Shown here: positions 53,553 through 64,000 of the stretch, in pieces
Layout: every line of letters starts with the position of its first letter
Position numbering within the stretch: position 1 is the stretch's first letter
Source: Lama glama
Taxonomy: Eukaryota
Length of the DNA: 64,000 nt
Reading direction: 5' to 3'
NCBI GenBank assembly: GCA_028534125.1
Contig: CM052816.1
Coordinates: 48,300,001-48,364,000 of the forward strand
The notes under the pieces: model-generated
Told to the model about the DNA's origin: nothing
Database searches by the model: none
Seen by the model: only the letters and a program-made list of their open reading frames with translations
Translations under genes and position numbers: made by a program

Positions 53553-54830
53553 TCCTGGTTCGGTGTTAAGGCGGCACAGGGGACTGTCGCACACCATCAT
53601 CTTGCAGCCCACCAGCTCCCAGGTATTGTTGATGCCGTATTTAATCATGCTCGGGTGCTCCGGGAAGAGGCTCAGGTAATGACCGACAGGTTCTTGGGGA
53701 GTCCCACCTGCAGAAGCAACTCAGGACTTAAGAGCCTGGATCTTCAGTCCTCCACCTACTTCTTGAGGACTTAGTGGCAGCTGAACGCCTCCCAGCTGGG
53801 CTCTGACATAGGGGCTGTAAGCCGCTTTGAAGAGAGTTGAGTGATACCAGCTTGGTGGAGAACCCCCGCCTGCTGCCAATGAGATGGCTCAAGGTGAGGT
53901 GGTGGTCAGCCACGCCTTCAGTCCGGTAGAACTCCGCCAGGTGTGAGCCGTCCAGCATCTTATTCCAGAACACTCGGTCGACGGTGAGGTACCTGGCGGG
54001 CGCGGCTGGCTCTCTCTGGGCGGGGCGACAGAGCGCGGCAGCTTACCTGGTGCGCATGCGTGCGCAGCCCACTTTCCCGCCCCCTCCCGCTCCCTGTAGT
54101 CGCCGTTGCTCACCTGCGAGCGGCCGCAGCCCTGAGGGCTTTTGGACACAGTCCATTGGGAGCTGCAGGGCCTCCTCTGGATATCCTGGGAAGAAGGTGC
54201 CATACTGGGTGTTGCTGGGGCTGGAACAAAGCACCAGAAGTTCCAGAAGGAGCACTTGAGGAGGTTGTCTGTGGGCATGTCGGTGAACCCCAACTCTGGA
54301 AAGTTCTGCGGGAGTTGCGTGCCGACCTTGAGCAGGTTGTGCAGATGTGCTCTGTTGTGAAGGACGCTGGGGGCCGAGAAGTTGTAGCGCTTGAAGGACC
54401 TGTCCCTCTGGGAGCCGCTGGAAATCATCTCTGGCTCCAGCTCTGCCTCCTGCTTAGAAACGTTGGTGCTGAAGACACTGCCTTTTCACACCCCGTAGGT
54501 CTTCAGGGTCACTTCAGTCAGCAGTTTCCTGTTCCCGAGCTCGCTTCACTCCCTCTTGCCCGCCCTCCCCGGACCTGGGGGAGCTTCAGCTGCACCTTGT
54601 TCTCCATGCCGTCCGCCGCTCCAAACACCCGGGGCTTACTGGCTGCACCTTTGTCCACGCCGAGCCACTGGTTGGACAAGGCCTTGCTGAAGCCCATTTT
54701 GTAACTGAGCAGCCACGGGAGGTGGCCCTGGCCAGGCCTTCGGGTGCGAGGGGGAGACACGCTGAGAAACACCCAGGCCTCCTGGCTGCCCTGGCCAGGC
54801 AATGTCCTCGCCCTTGGCGGTAAGCTCCCA
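53553..54830 (-). pseudogene. FARSA: Processed pseudogene fragment of phenylalanyl-tRNA synthetase alpha subunit (about residues 61-499)
   Basis: Minus-strand peptides 'WELTAKGEDIA', 'KMGFSKALSNQWLGVDK..PRVF', 'MISSGSQRDRSFKRYNF...LLKV...GFTDMPTDN..SFWNF', 'EALQLPMD', 'HLAEFYRTEGVADHHLTL', 'MVCDSPLCRLNTEP'; colinear with no introns; many frameshifts. Confidence 0.93.
53881..54130. promoter_or_regulatory. CpG-dense patch with NRF1-like, GC-box and MYB-like motifs inside the FARSA remnant
   Basis: About 24 CpG in 250 bp by hand count; tgcgcatgcgtgcgca at 54051-54066; gggcgggg at 54018-54025; cccgccccc at 54076-54084; function inferred only. Confidence 0.45.
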
Positions 54831-54863
54831 CCAACTGATAGGAATGTTGTAAGAGATTTTATT

Positions 54864-55312
54864 TGTACTATTGGTGATGAAGGTGGTGGAGGTTTTTATA
54901 CCCCCGGGGCGGGATGTCACTGACTGCCGTTTCTGCAGTGCTGGGTATGCAGTCAGCAAAATAGCTGCTGTTCTTGTTTTGGACGTTAAGCATTTGCTTG
55001 TGCACTTCCTTCATGAACATGCAGCTTCTGAACACAGTGACCACAGTCAGACAGCAGCCGTGGCAGAGGTCAGAGGCTGCCATCGTGCTCTACCGGGTGA
55101 GCTCCAGCATTGACTGGGCCGAGTACTGCTGGCTGCCTTGGCTGCTTAGCCAGGCAAAGCCAGAATGAAGTGCAAGTAGGGGAAGTGGACCATGTTCCTA
55201 ACAGCTTGCATAGGTCAGCACTGAGCTGGTCTGGGAAAGACTGGAAGGTGGTTACCCGACTCATGCCTGCCGGCACCAGGTGGTCCAGGTCACTGTAGGT
55301 GGGCGTGGTCAT
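54864..55312 (-). pseudogene. Beta-tubulin pseudogene fragment (about residues 217-372; isotype not assignable)
   Basis: 'TTPTYSDLDHLV..MSRVTT..FPDQLSADLCKL', '[36 protein letters not shown]...[10 protein letters not shown]', 'TFITNST'; frameshifted. Confidence 0.95.
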
Positions 55313-55844
55313 CCTTTTCCAATTGCAAAAATTAAATAACTAAAACTCAGCACAAAGAAAACCTAGAAAAAATAAATCAGTTTAAAATGTCAGATTTCTT
55401 TATCCTATCTGTAAAGCTCATTAGGACCAAGCTTGCTGATCTAATTTTTATGAAATTGAGTATACATATACACATATGACTTTTATTCTTTAAAATATAT
55501 ACACAAACTTTTTATGCCACTGTGAAATGTATTTCATTTTCATCTTTTCTCAGTTCTCTGCGAGAGACCTGAAGACAATGAACTAAGGGTGAGCAAATGA
55601 CACTGAACAGAACAAGGACCAGACACAGATGTTTGATGGGGATAGCTTGCTTCCAAATAATCCTTGGTGAGTAGTCCTGCAAAAGTAGATGGCAAAATGT
55701 ACTCTCAAAGAACTAGAGCTTTTATGAGTAAAGTATGTTGCAGTGTATCAAATTGTTATTTTTCCTATAAATGAGAATAGATGAGTTCACATCTCTGATA
55801 AATAATATAGTATACCATATAAAATTAAATTCACTTTTTTGCTT

Positions 55845-56270
55845 ATTCAGTTACTGGTATTTAGAGCCAACTAGATGAGAAGTTTCTGTCCTGAATGCTG
55901 ACTATATTGTTAGTGAACAAAACTCTGACAACAGTCTATAAACTATTATGAATAACACAAAAATAAACAGTTAAGACAGGTGATTAGTTAGAGATGATGA
56001 GACAAAGGCATGATGCTGTATTTCATAAATATTATGAAGAAAACAAGTAGTGTGCTGAAATAGTGAATAATAAGACCAAGTGTCTAGACTGGTGGCCAAG
56101 TAAGACTTTTCTGAAGAGATGATATTTAATTTGAACCATGAAAAATGGAGGCAGGCTAGGTATATGAGGAATGAAGGGATTCAGGTAAGGAAATTAATTT
56201 TAGGCAGAAGGACAACATACACAAAATCTCTGCAGTGGGAAATACATTAGCATTTTTGATGTAGTAAGGC
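55845..56270 (-). mobile_element. LINE2 3' region
   Basis: 'gacttttctgaagagatgatatttaatttgaaccatgaaaaatgga...aggcagaaggacaacatacacaaaatctctgcagtggga'. Confidence 0.65.
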
Positions 56271-56517
56271 AGTAAAAGAAAATGAGAATGAGAAAATAAC
56301 ATTTCTGTACATTTAAACAAAATATATTAGCAGTTGATTAGAATGTGTGTGTGTATTGTAATAGCTGACAGCAGTTATAATTAGTCTTTTTATTAAGATT
56401 TTTCCCAAATTTGCAATTCCTGGCTATTTATTCTGGCTTTGGATGTTACCCAGCTCCACAACCATTTCTCTTACTTACCCTTTCTCGATCATGGAATACA
56501 TCTGATTCTTGAAACTA

Positions 56518-56597
56518 TCATTTATTTTATAGCAATAGAAAACAATAGGACAGAAAATGCAATTGTCATTTATTTTATAACAATAGGAATACAATAG
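56518..56597. repeat. Two-copy direct repeat, 48-bp period
   Basis: tcatttattttatagcaatagaaaacaatag (56518-56548) and tcatttattttataacaataggaatacaatag (56566-56597). Confidence 0.8.
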
Positions 56598-58061
56598 AAA
56601 GGATGCTTTTGATTTAATTAGATATTTTAAGCTTTGCTCTGCATGTCATTGTCAGGACATAGGTGCATTTACAGAGCAATTAATTGGTGACTAATATTTT
56701 GCAAAATGCCATTGATATAAGTGTAGTGCAGAAAAATCTTTAAGACTTTAGAGTAAATGGGAGAGCCGAAGAACAAAAATGATGAATTAACTGCTGCTTT
56801 AGAAAATACTTTTGTGAAATTTGATAGAGGCCAGTCATTCATCATGGTGTCAGGGGATCTTTCTTGTGCTTTGACCAAAGGAGTTAGAGATTAAGAATGG
56901 AATATGAGAGTAAAAATCAGTGAACACTTCTATGTCAAGCTGTATGGCAGATTAGATGTTTTGAAAATGTTAACATTGAAAATGGGAATAAAGGATAAAT
57001 AAATAAAATTTTGTGTGACTTCTCAAGAAATTAAGCAAGAAACAGAGACAAAAATCTAACTTGAGTCTGGAGACCTATGTGATAATTGGCCCTCTAAAGC
57101 TTCATATACACTGGGAGAGATTTGATGATGTCCATAACTATAGGCGACTTAAAGAGCTAGTAGACAAAGTGTAAACTTATAAGAGGTCTCCAGCTAGAAC
57201 GGAGAACTTTAAAAGAAGCCATAAGGATCAAAGGCTACACCCTTAGTAGATGGAAAAATTATTTGGGAGAAGTTTGAGCAGCGGAAAGAAGATGGAAAAA
57301 TCACAAAAAGGATGTCTGATTTTATAAATAACTATAATTTTAGATCTGGGAACTTTTTGAGTAATGAGGAACACAATTTCTCCTAAGTAAAGGGAGGTTG
57401 TTTTTTGAATTCATATTGTTCCACCTGTTATAATTAGGGGTCTACCATATAGAAAAATAAATTAAACTCCAAATTGGAAAATTGTAGTATTTATCTCTGG
57501 CTGTGGTGATTTTAGTGATTTGGCTTATATCACAAGAAGTAGTCTCCTTTGCTGCCTTAATTCTTTTCTGATGTGGAGGAGGTCCATGCTCACAAAAAAT
57601 ATTTCAAAAAGTGAAAATTTAATTTCACATAATCTTGCAAAGCAGAATTTGGTGCTGGTACTGGAAAAAAGGATAGCCTGAAAGCATGGAAATGAAACCA
57701 CAAATTTGCATAATGTCCATAAAATAGGATCATTTATTTCACAGACATGGATTTTTGAAATAGGTATTTAGACATTATTGACAACATTCCTTGGGGACGT
57801 GTAACATCACAAAAGTCTAGTCATATACACTGGGTCTAGAAGTGTATGCAAGCAAAAAAATAATTAAAACTATTTTTAAATCATACATTTCAGAAAGAAA
57901 TATTTTTCTTAAATAAAATATACTATTTAACCTTGTTAGCTTTTTCTATTTTGGTTTATCCTGATAACTTTTGAATAAGATTCTAATAAAACAAATAGGC
58001 TTATAGAGAAATTATCAAGAATACTTCTGATGAATAACTTTTTCATTTTTTCATGTTTCAG

Positions 58062-58444
58062 TGTATTAAAAATCAAAATTCAACTGAGTACATTTTAAAG
58101 ATCTTACTGGCTTTATTCAATGATGCATGAATCAGGCAGCATCCAGTCTATCAGGTAGAAAGTAGCTCTGAGGAGCTGTACAAAATAAAATACTTTTGTA
58201 GATAGAATGGAGCAGAAACAAGGACATTACACTAGACAAAAAAAAGTGGCCCTGTTGTTGCAAAATAACTTTTTTTTAGGGGATGACGGGGTTCTGTCTA
58301 ACTAGTGCTAACAGGTGATTCCTGATTGACTGATTTAAGATTGCATTTTGGGAGAGCTGAATCTATAATTAAGTCGAGTCTCAGTTTGATGACTGGAGCT
58401 TAGCATAAGTGACTCCATTTTGAGCCTGTTGTCTTGTTTTAACA
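58062..58444 (-). mobile_element. ERV1-type solo LTR (MER41/MER57-like)
   Basis: Minus strand begins 'tgttaaaacaagacaacaggctcaaaatggagtcacttatgctaag' and has AATAAA near its 3' end; TG...CA termini. Confidence 0.75.
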
Positions 58445-60299
58445 ATTGTTTGACAATGAAAGATACTTCATTCAGTTATTCTATCATATTGATACCCCAA
58501 AATAGCAATATTTTCTACAAATGAAATCAGTTTGAAAGATCAAAGGTGAAAAATAAGATGAGACTGCTATGAATTGTCACACAATCTATATTTTGTTATC
58601 ATTGTTTTGAAAGCTATTTGGTAATACCTGTGTTGAATAATCTATATTTGATGTTAGTTATACTTTTGTATATGGTTAACTTCCTCTCGCTAGTTATAAC
58701 ATTTGTTTTTAAGAAGGTCCAATATTATTCAAACTAGATTACACAATTTTGAATACAGTCTAAGCAAAGAATGTGGAGGGTCAAATTTTCCTTTTGAGCC
58801 TCTAGGACAGAAATGGTAACTATTTTTTTGGATGTGAAAATCAAGAAGTAATTTCTAATTGAAATCTGTCATTGTTCTCTATCATCTGAACACATTTCTA
58901 GCTTAATCGCTGGGAAAGTGTTGACATGAGAGAAGCTGAGACCAGGAATTTTCTCAAAATCTACATTTTATACTTCATTCATTCTTCAATTAGAAAAACA
59001 GGACCGGAGGACTGATGTCAATGCTATAAATTGATCAGTTAAGGCAGCTGCTACAAGATTCAATCCAGGGACTTAGCCACCCTGTTATGTTTCTTTCCAG
59101 ACTCCAGCCCTTGCCCAGCATAAAGTTTCATCATTTCTCACAGGTCATCAAGGCTTGTCATGTTAGAATACGTGTGTATCAGCAAAGTAATTATTCTATA
59201 AAATGTTTTCAAGAAACTTTAATAACCTAGCATAAAATAGTTTAATGCCAACTATAGCTAATATCTTTTTCTGTTACTTAAATGATGTTTAGGCCTATAG
59301 AAAAATGTGTTTAGGCTAGATAAATATTTACCACGGGGTGACTGAGAAATCTATACCTGCCCTAGTCATCAATTCTGACTTTTAAGCATTTATGTGTGTC
59401 ACAAGGAGCCTTGATTTATACTGGCCTCACAAAGGAACCTGGTTAATGAGGAGCTAGCTAGTCCTGTAGAAAGCATATTTACTCAAGTGCACTTCAATTC
59501 CTTGTGTATATGTGGAAAATAGATTATAACACTTTACTTTAGTATCTGTAGGCTGCTACAGAGTCAGCAGAGCAAGGACAGATTAGAAACTTGCTATGAA
59601 GCACATTGAGACACTGTGGTGCATAGTATAAAATATACTAGGAAATCATAATTGCAGATGAAACCATTTGGCCTATTGCAGTTGAATTTGGAGTGAAGTA
59701 TTTTTAGGGAAAATGTTACATGTTAGCATATAATGCAGAGGCAGAGCTTCAGAATGTAAAAGGCTTTTGTGATGAGGTTATCAACATATGATGGAAGAAG
59801 ATCCTTAGAGACCAGTAAAATGTGAGTACAGTATCCAGGTAGAAGTGTTACCATCAAAGGAAAGGTGGCTCCAATCTTCCATTGAGTTTAGAAAAAAAAA
59901 GTTATGATAATAATATTTCATATAAAGATCTGTTTTGATAAGATCAATGGCAGTCCAGGAATTCATTATACATGCTGACCTTGAATTTGTCACTGAAAGA
60001 AAAGGAAGTGGACTCAGCATTGTATTGAGTAGAAAGTGTCTGGGGTCAGTGATGCCCCTTGAAAATCATGTTAATTTTGCAAAAAAAAATGAATAAAAAA
60101 TTTAGAGTACAAGCAGTAAAGAAGTGATAAGTGCTAGAAATATTTTGAAGAAAAATTGATAGCACTTGCTGACTAATGCAATATTAGGAAATGACGAAAC
60201 TCTTTGTTTACAAATACCAGATGTTTTTACCCATCAAGAAGTTCTTCTTTACTACTCTAAGGCTATGAACACTTTTCTTTTTGTCCCCGGTGAATCAAT

Positions 60300-60660
60300 A
60301 CATTCCTGATTTAAAATCCTTCCCAATAAATCTATGATCACTCTCATTATTAATCTAACCTATCTCCATACTCTACACTTGCAATGTTCCCAACTTCAAA
60401 CCACCCACCTGGATAAGTTCAACTTTCTGCTTCATCTGCCTCAGCTCTAAACCCCTGACCACTGCTGGAAGAAAACACAGTGTTGTTCAAATAAGCACCA
60501 ATAATTATTTCCAGTTTCAGTTGTCATTCACCACTACCTCCCAATCCTTCCTGGAAGTGCTGATTAGCAGCCATTCTCATCCAACCAATTTTTCATATTC
60601 ATACTAAGCTCACTTTTAGCAGGTCTCTTGTTTCTTCACACACACACACACATACAAACA

Positions 60661-60702
<42 letters not shown>

Positions 60703-62170
60703 TTCTCTAAAAAACTGAGACCATCATCCAGTAATTCCCTCTATTTTTTGGCCCAAACACAATTTTCTGTACATATACTTCTGCTTTTCTCTTTTTGCTA
60801 GTGTTATTGTTTATAACAGATACCCTTAACTGTGTGGAAGTCTTACGACTTTCTTCTTTCGGTGGCTTGGGGCTATCAGTAATCACTGTGATTTCTACTA
60901 ACCTTCATAATATGTTTTACTCTCTGTCTTCTTAAGTATGGATGTTAAGCATACTATTGCATATAGGTAATTAAAAAAATTATTCCTTACCTTTGCTAGC
61001 TCAAGTTTTAACTTTATATATTGCCTTTGCATGCCACCTTTTTAATATTTACTTTGGTTTTCTCTTCTCTCTTTCCTTCTCCTCTCTTCATTAAAATTAT
61101 CCTCCCTGTGTTAACTCAACATTTTTCATGGTTTCCACTCAACAATTAAGTCCTGATGAAACTCAAATTGTGTAAGCATGTAAGCTTCTCTCTAAGGTTT
61201 TAGAAAAGTATAACCAGTTGTTCATTGGGCATAAAGCACGTTTAATTCAACAATATCCTATTGAACTCAAAATATCTAGCTTCCTATACCCATAGTTTAA
61301 CAGCCAGCATGATGCTTCTTTTATAATCTGTATTACTGAATGACATCATTCTCTAATAACTTGCTTGGATGTAGAGTAATATATTTGAATTTCCTTCTAC
61401 TATTTCTACTCTCACATCCAATTCATATTCATATTTTTTAGTAGCACAACCTAGATATTTTGAGTCTCTTCTTTCTGCTCTATCTTTCTGAACTTGGTCA
61501 TCCCCATCCCTGTTCTCTCCTCTCTATCTCTAGGTTACGCTCACAGTTTCTTACCTAATCTATGGGACTTTGATCTTCCTTCCACTTATGTATTTTTGCA
61601 ATGTATTTTAAGTATTTAGTTAGAATTTTCTTCCTCTAAAATCTGGACACATTATTCTGTTGTTTAAACCCCTATAGTGTCTCCCCATATCCTTAAGAAT
61701 TAAGGTCAAAGTCCAGAGTAGAAACACCTGTTTTTCCACCACCCACCTTCAGTCTCATTTCTGCTCGTCATACCTACAAGTAGTTCTGGGGGAAAAAAAA
61801 TTCAAAGCTTTCCTGAGCTCATTAGTTCTTAAATACCTTGTTCCATTTTCCAGAGTTTCTGTTTTCTACTCTTTTGCTGCCTTATTATTTTCTCAAAACA
61901 GCCCTTTAAAAAAAAATTAGAGATTTTCTAATTTGATGTGTTTCTTCTGGTCACAATTCTGTATTTCTGTAATAACCAGTGTTGCATAGCAAGCTCCCTG
62001 TCAAACCCTGATTTTATTTTCTGAATTCTATACTTGTCTGAACTCAGGAACCATACCTTAGTTATTTTTTATTCTCAAAGTCTGGTATATTTATGGTAAG
62101 TTATTTGTACCCAGTAAGATTTAATAAAATGAATTAATGATAGAAAACACTCAAGTAAGTAAGGGAAAGG
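60300..62170 (+). mobile_element. Long degraded LINE2 region
   Basis: Pyrimidine-rich L2-like text, e.g. 'tttaaacccctatagtgtctccccatatccttaagaattaaggtcaaagtcc'; boundaries approximate. Confidence 0.5.
60637..60698. repeat. Interrupted (CA)n microsatellite
   Basis: Directly visible. Confidence 0.95.
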
Positions 62171-62969
62171 TAGCAATGTTGAAAAGGTAGAGAAAGAGAA
62201 ATAAAGGTTGTTTGATAGCAAGAAAAATCTAACTGGATCAGAACAACCTCCATATACCCTCAGCTGCAAAAGCTACAAAGAGAAACTAAAAGAATAAAAG
62301 AAAATTACAGTTACCAATCTTACTGGGTATTTTTAATATAAATTTCCACATGAGTAAAAAAGCAGTGACAATTAGTGGTTTTTATAGAGCATAACATAAT
62401 GGGTCTTTTTTATGTAGTAAATTCCTATAGATATTTAAGAAATTGTCATCTAGTGAAACAAAAGTCTAAAATTATTATTTTCCTTCACCCCTTTTCTATT
62501 AATTTACACAATTCTTATCAATCCATTTTGTTGTTGGAATTGCCTATTTCACATGAGTAACATCTGCTTTCTTGTTGCATTGAAAAAGTATTATATCTGA
62601 AATTGTTCACATTCAACCTGCCTCATAAGAGAAAATTGAAAATAAAAGTAATTACTGTTAAAGAGTTGAATTGGTTCACCAAAGGCTAAGTTGACTTTTG
62701 TCTGGAGTTTAACACTTCTCAGAATGTACTTCTCCAAAACTGCAAATAACAGAAATTAATCTTAATTCATATAGTATCTCATATATAATATTTATTCATA
62801 TAATATATTTTTGATTATTTAATGCAATAAAATATAACAAATTAGAAAAATCATAGGAGGTTTTATTTGGAAGACATTTTTAAGATCATCCATTTATTTT
62901 GCAAGCAAAATAAATGTATAATAGAACTGTGTAAGGTCCAAAAGTAATTTAATCCAGACTACTTTTTAC

Positions 62970-63120
62970 CTTACTCATTCATTTATACATTTGTTTAATC
63001 AGCATTGATCAAGTTCCTACTCTGTTTCAGATATTACTTTAGGCAAGAGAGATTTAATAAGAAAAAGAGAAGTAACAAACCCCAAAGTGGTTTCCTTTTA
63101 CATGAAGCTGTACAATTTAG
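62970..63120 (-). mobile_element. LINE2 3' end
   Basis: 'tcattcatttatacatttgtttaatcagcattgatcaagttcctactctgtttcagatattactttaggc'. Confidence 0.6.
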
Positions 63121-63807
63121 TATCTATATAAATTAATTTCCATAAGTAGTGTTAACAACATAAATTCTAGAAAAAAAGTATCTGAGTATACGCAGATGAC
63201 AATGGAAACCTCACTATTTAATTTTATTATTGTATGATTGTTAAAAAATTATAGAGAACCATAACCTGATTCTCTATCATTTTATCATGTCTTTATTTTC
63301 AATGTTTAGAAGACCTAAAGTGTAAACACATTCTTATTATGCATGATAGTCCTTTAAATATTTCAGGAAAAAAAATAATATTCCTTCCTTTATATCTATA
63401 ACCAATGGTGGAGAATCAGATTTTGGCTCGCTTTAACTTTTTATCAAAGTAGTACAATAATACAATTAATTCCACCAGCATTACTCTTATTTAAATGTAT
63501 TTCTCTAACATCCTGTCATCTATCTTATGTACACTCGTAGTATGCCAACTGACCTAAAGTATTTTGAATCATGGTTGTATAACTTATCAAATTATTTTTT
63601 TCTACTGTATTCCTATAAACCATAAGCTTGAATAACTGTCTTTTTTGTTTAGATATTATTCTAGACAATAAAAGGCTTAGTCTTCCAGATTATTTTCCAT
63701 TTTTTTGGCTGATGGAATTCTATACCTCCTTCAAAACTTTATTCAAATGCCATAATTTCAATATCTTTCTTATTTTGTACCTCTCTTCTATTTGGGGAGC
63801 ATCTGAA

Positions 63808-63810
<3 letters not shown>

Positions 63811-63844
<34 letters not shown>

Positions 63845-63890
63845 CACACACACATATTTATACTCACATATATTATATATTACATATATG
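63811..63890. repeat. (TA)n/(CA)n microsatellite
   Basis: Directly visible. Confidence 0.9.
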
Positions 63891-64000
63891 TATAAGTAGT
63901 ATCTTTTGTTTTTTCTTCAGAGCCTTATTTCATATGTAATAACCAAAATAATATTTGACCTATTTTATGTCTAACTACCACAAATTAAAAATTACTGAAT

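Noticed and set aside
54060..54704. 214-aa plus-strand ORF, the longest in the track
   Set aside because: It is the antisense shadow of the GC-rich FARSA remnant, starts at a non-ATG codon and resembles no protein I recognise.
1..64000. CRISPR arrays, operons or prokaryotic defence systems
   Set aside because: The sequence is mammalian and has no regularly spaced repeat-spacer array.

Overview
AT-rich mammalian genomic DNA, probably camelid (it carries a Vic-1-type tRNA-derived SINE and camelid-style L1 3' tails). It looks like a gene desert or large intron: I found no intact protein-coding gene, and most ORF-track entries are noise. The background is decayed repeats (L1, L2, MIR, ERVL/MaLR LTRs, hAT elements, microsatellites). 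Two GC-rich islands are retro-derived: (1) a full-length, disabled MEPCE processed pseudogene (46596-49287, +) with a perfect 13-bp TSD; (2) a minus-strand chimera of an internal beta-tubulin fragment joined to an intronless FARSA fragment (53553-55312), with no UTRs or clear poly(A). The FARSA part is heavily diverged yet CpG-dense and carries NRF1-like, GC-box and MYB-like motifs plus two derived splice donors, which suggests an exapted promoter or first exon. A twin-primed L1 at 33.5-34.9 kb appears to have been cut by a later ~1.24-kb inversion. Repeat subfamily names and parent protein comparisons come from recalled sequences, not database searches.
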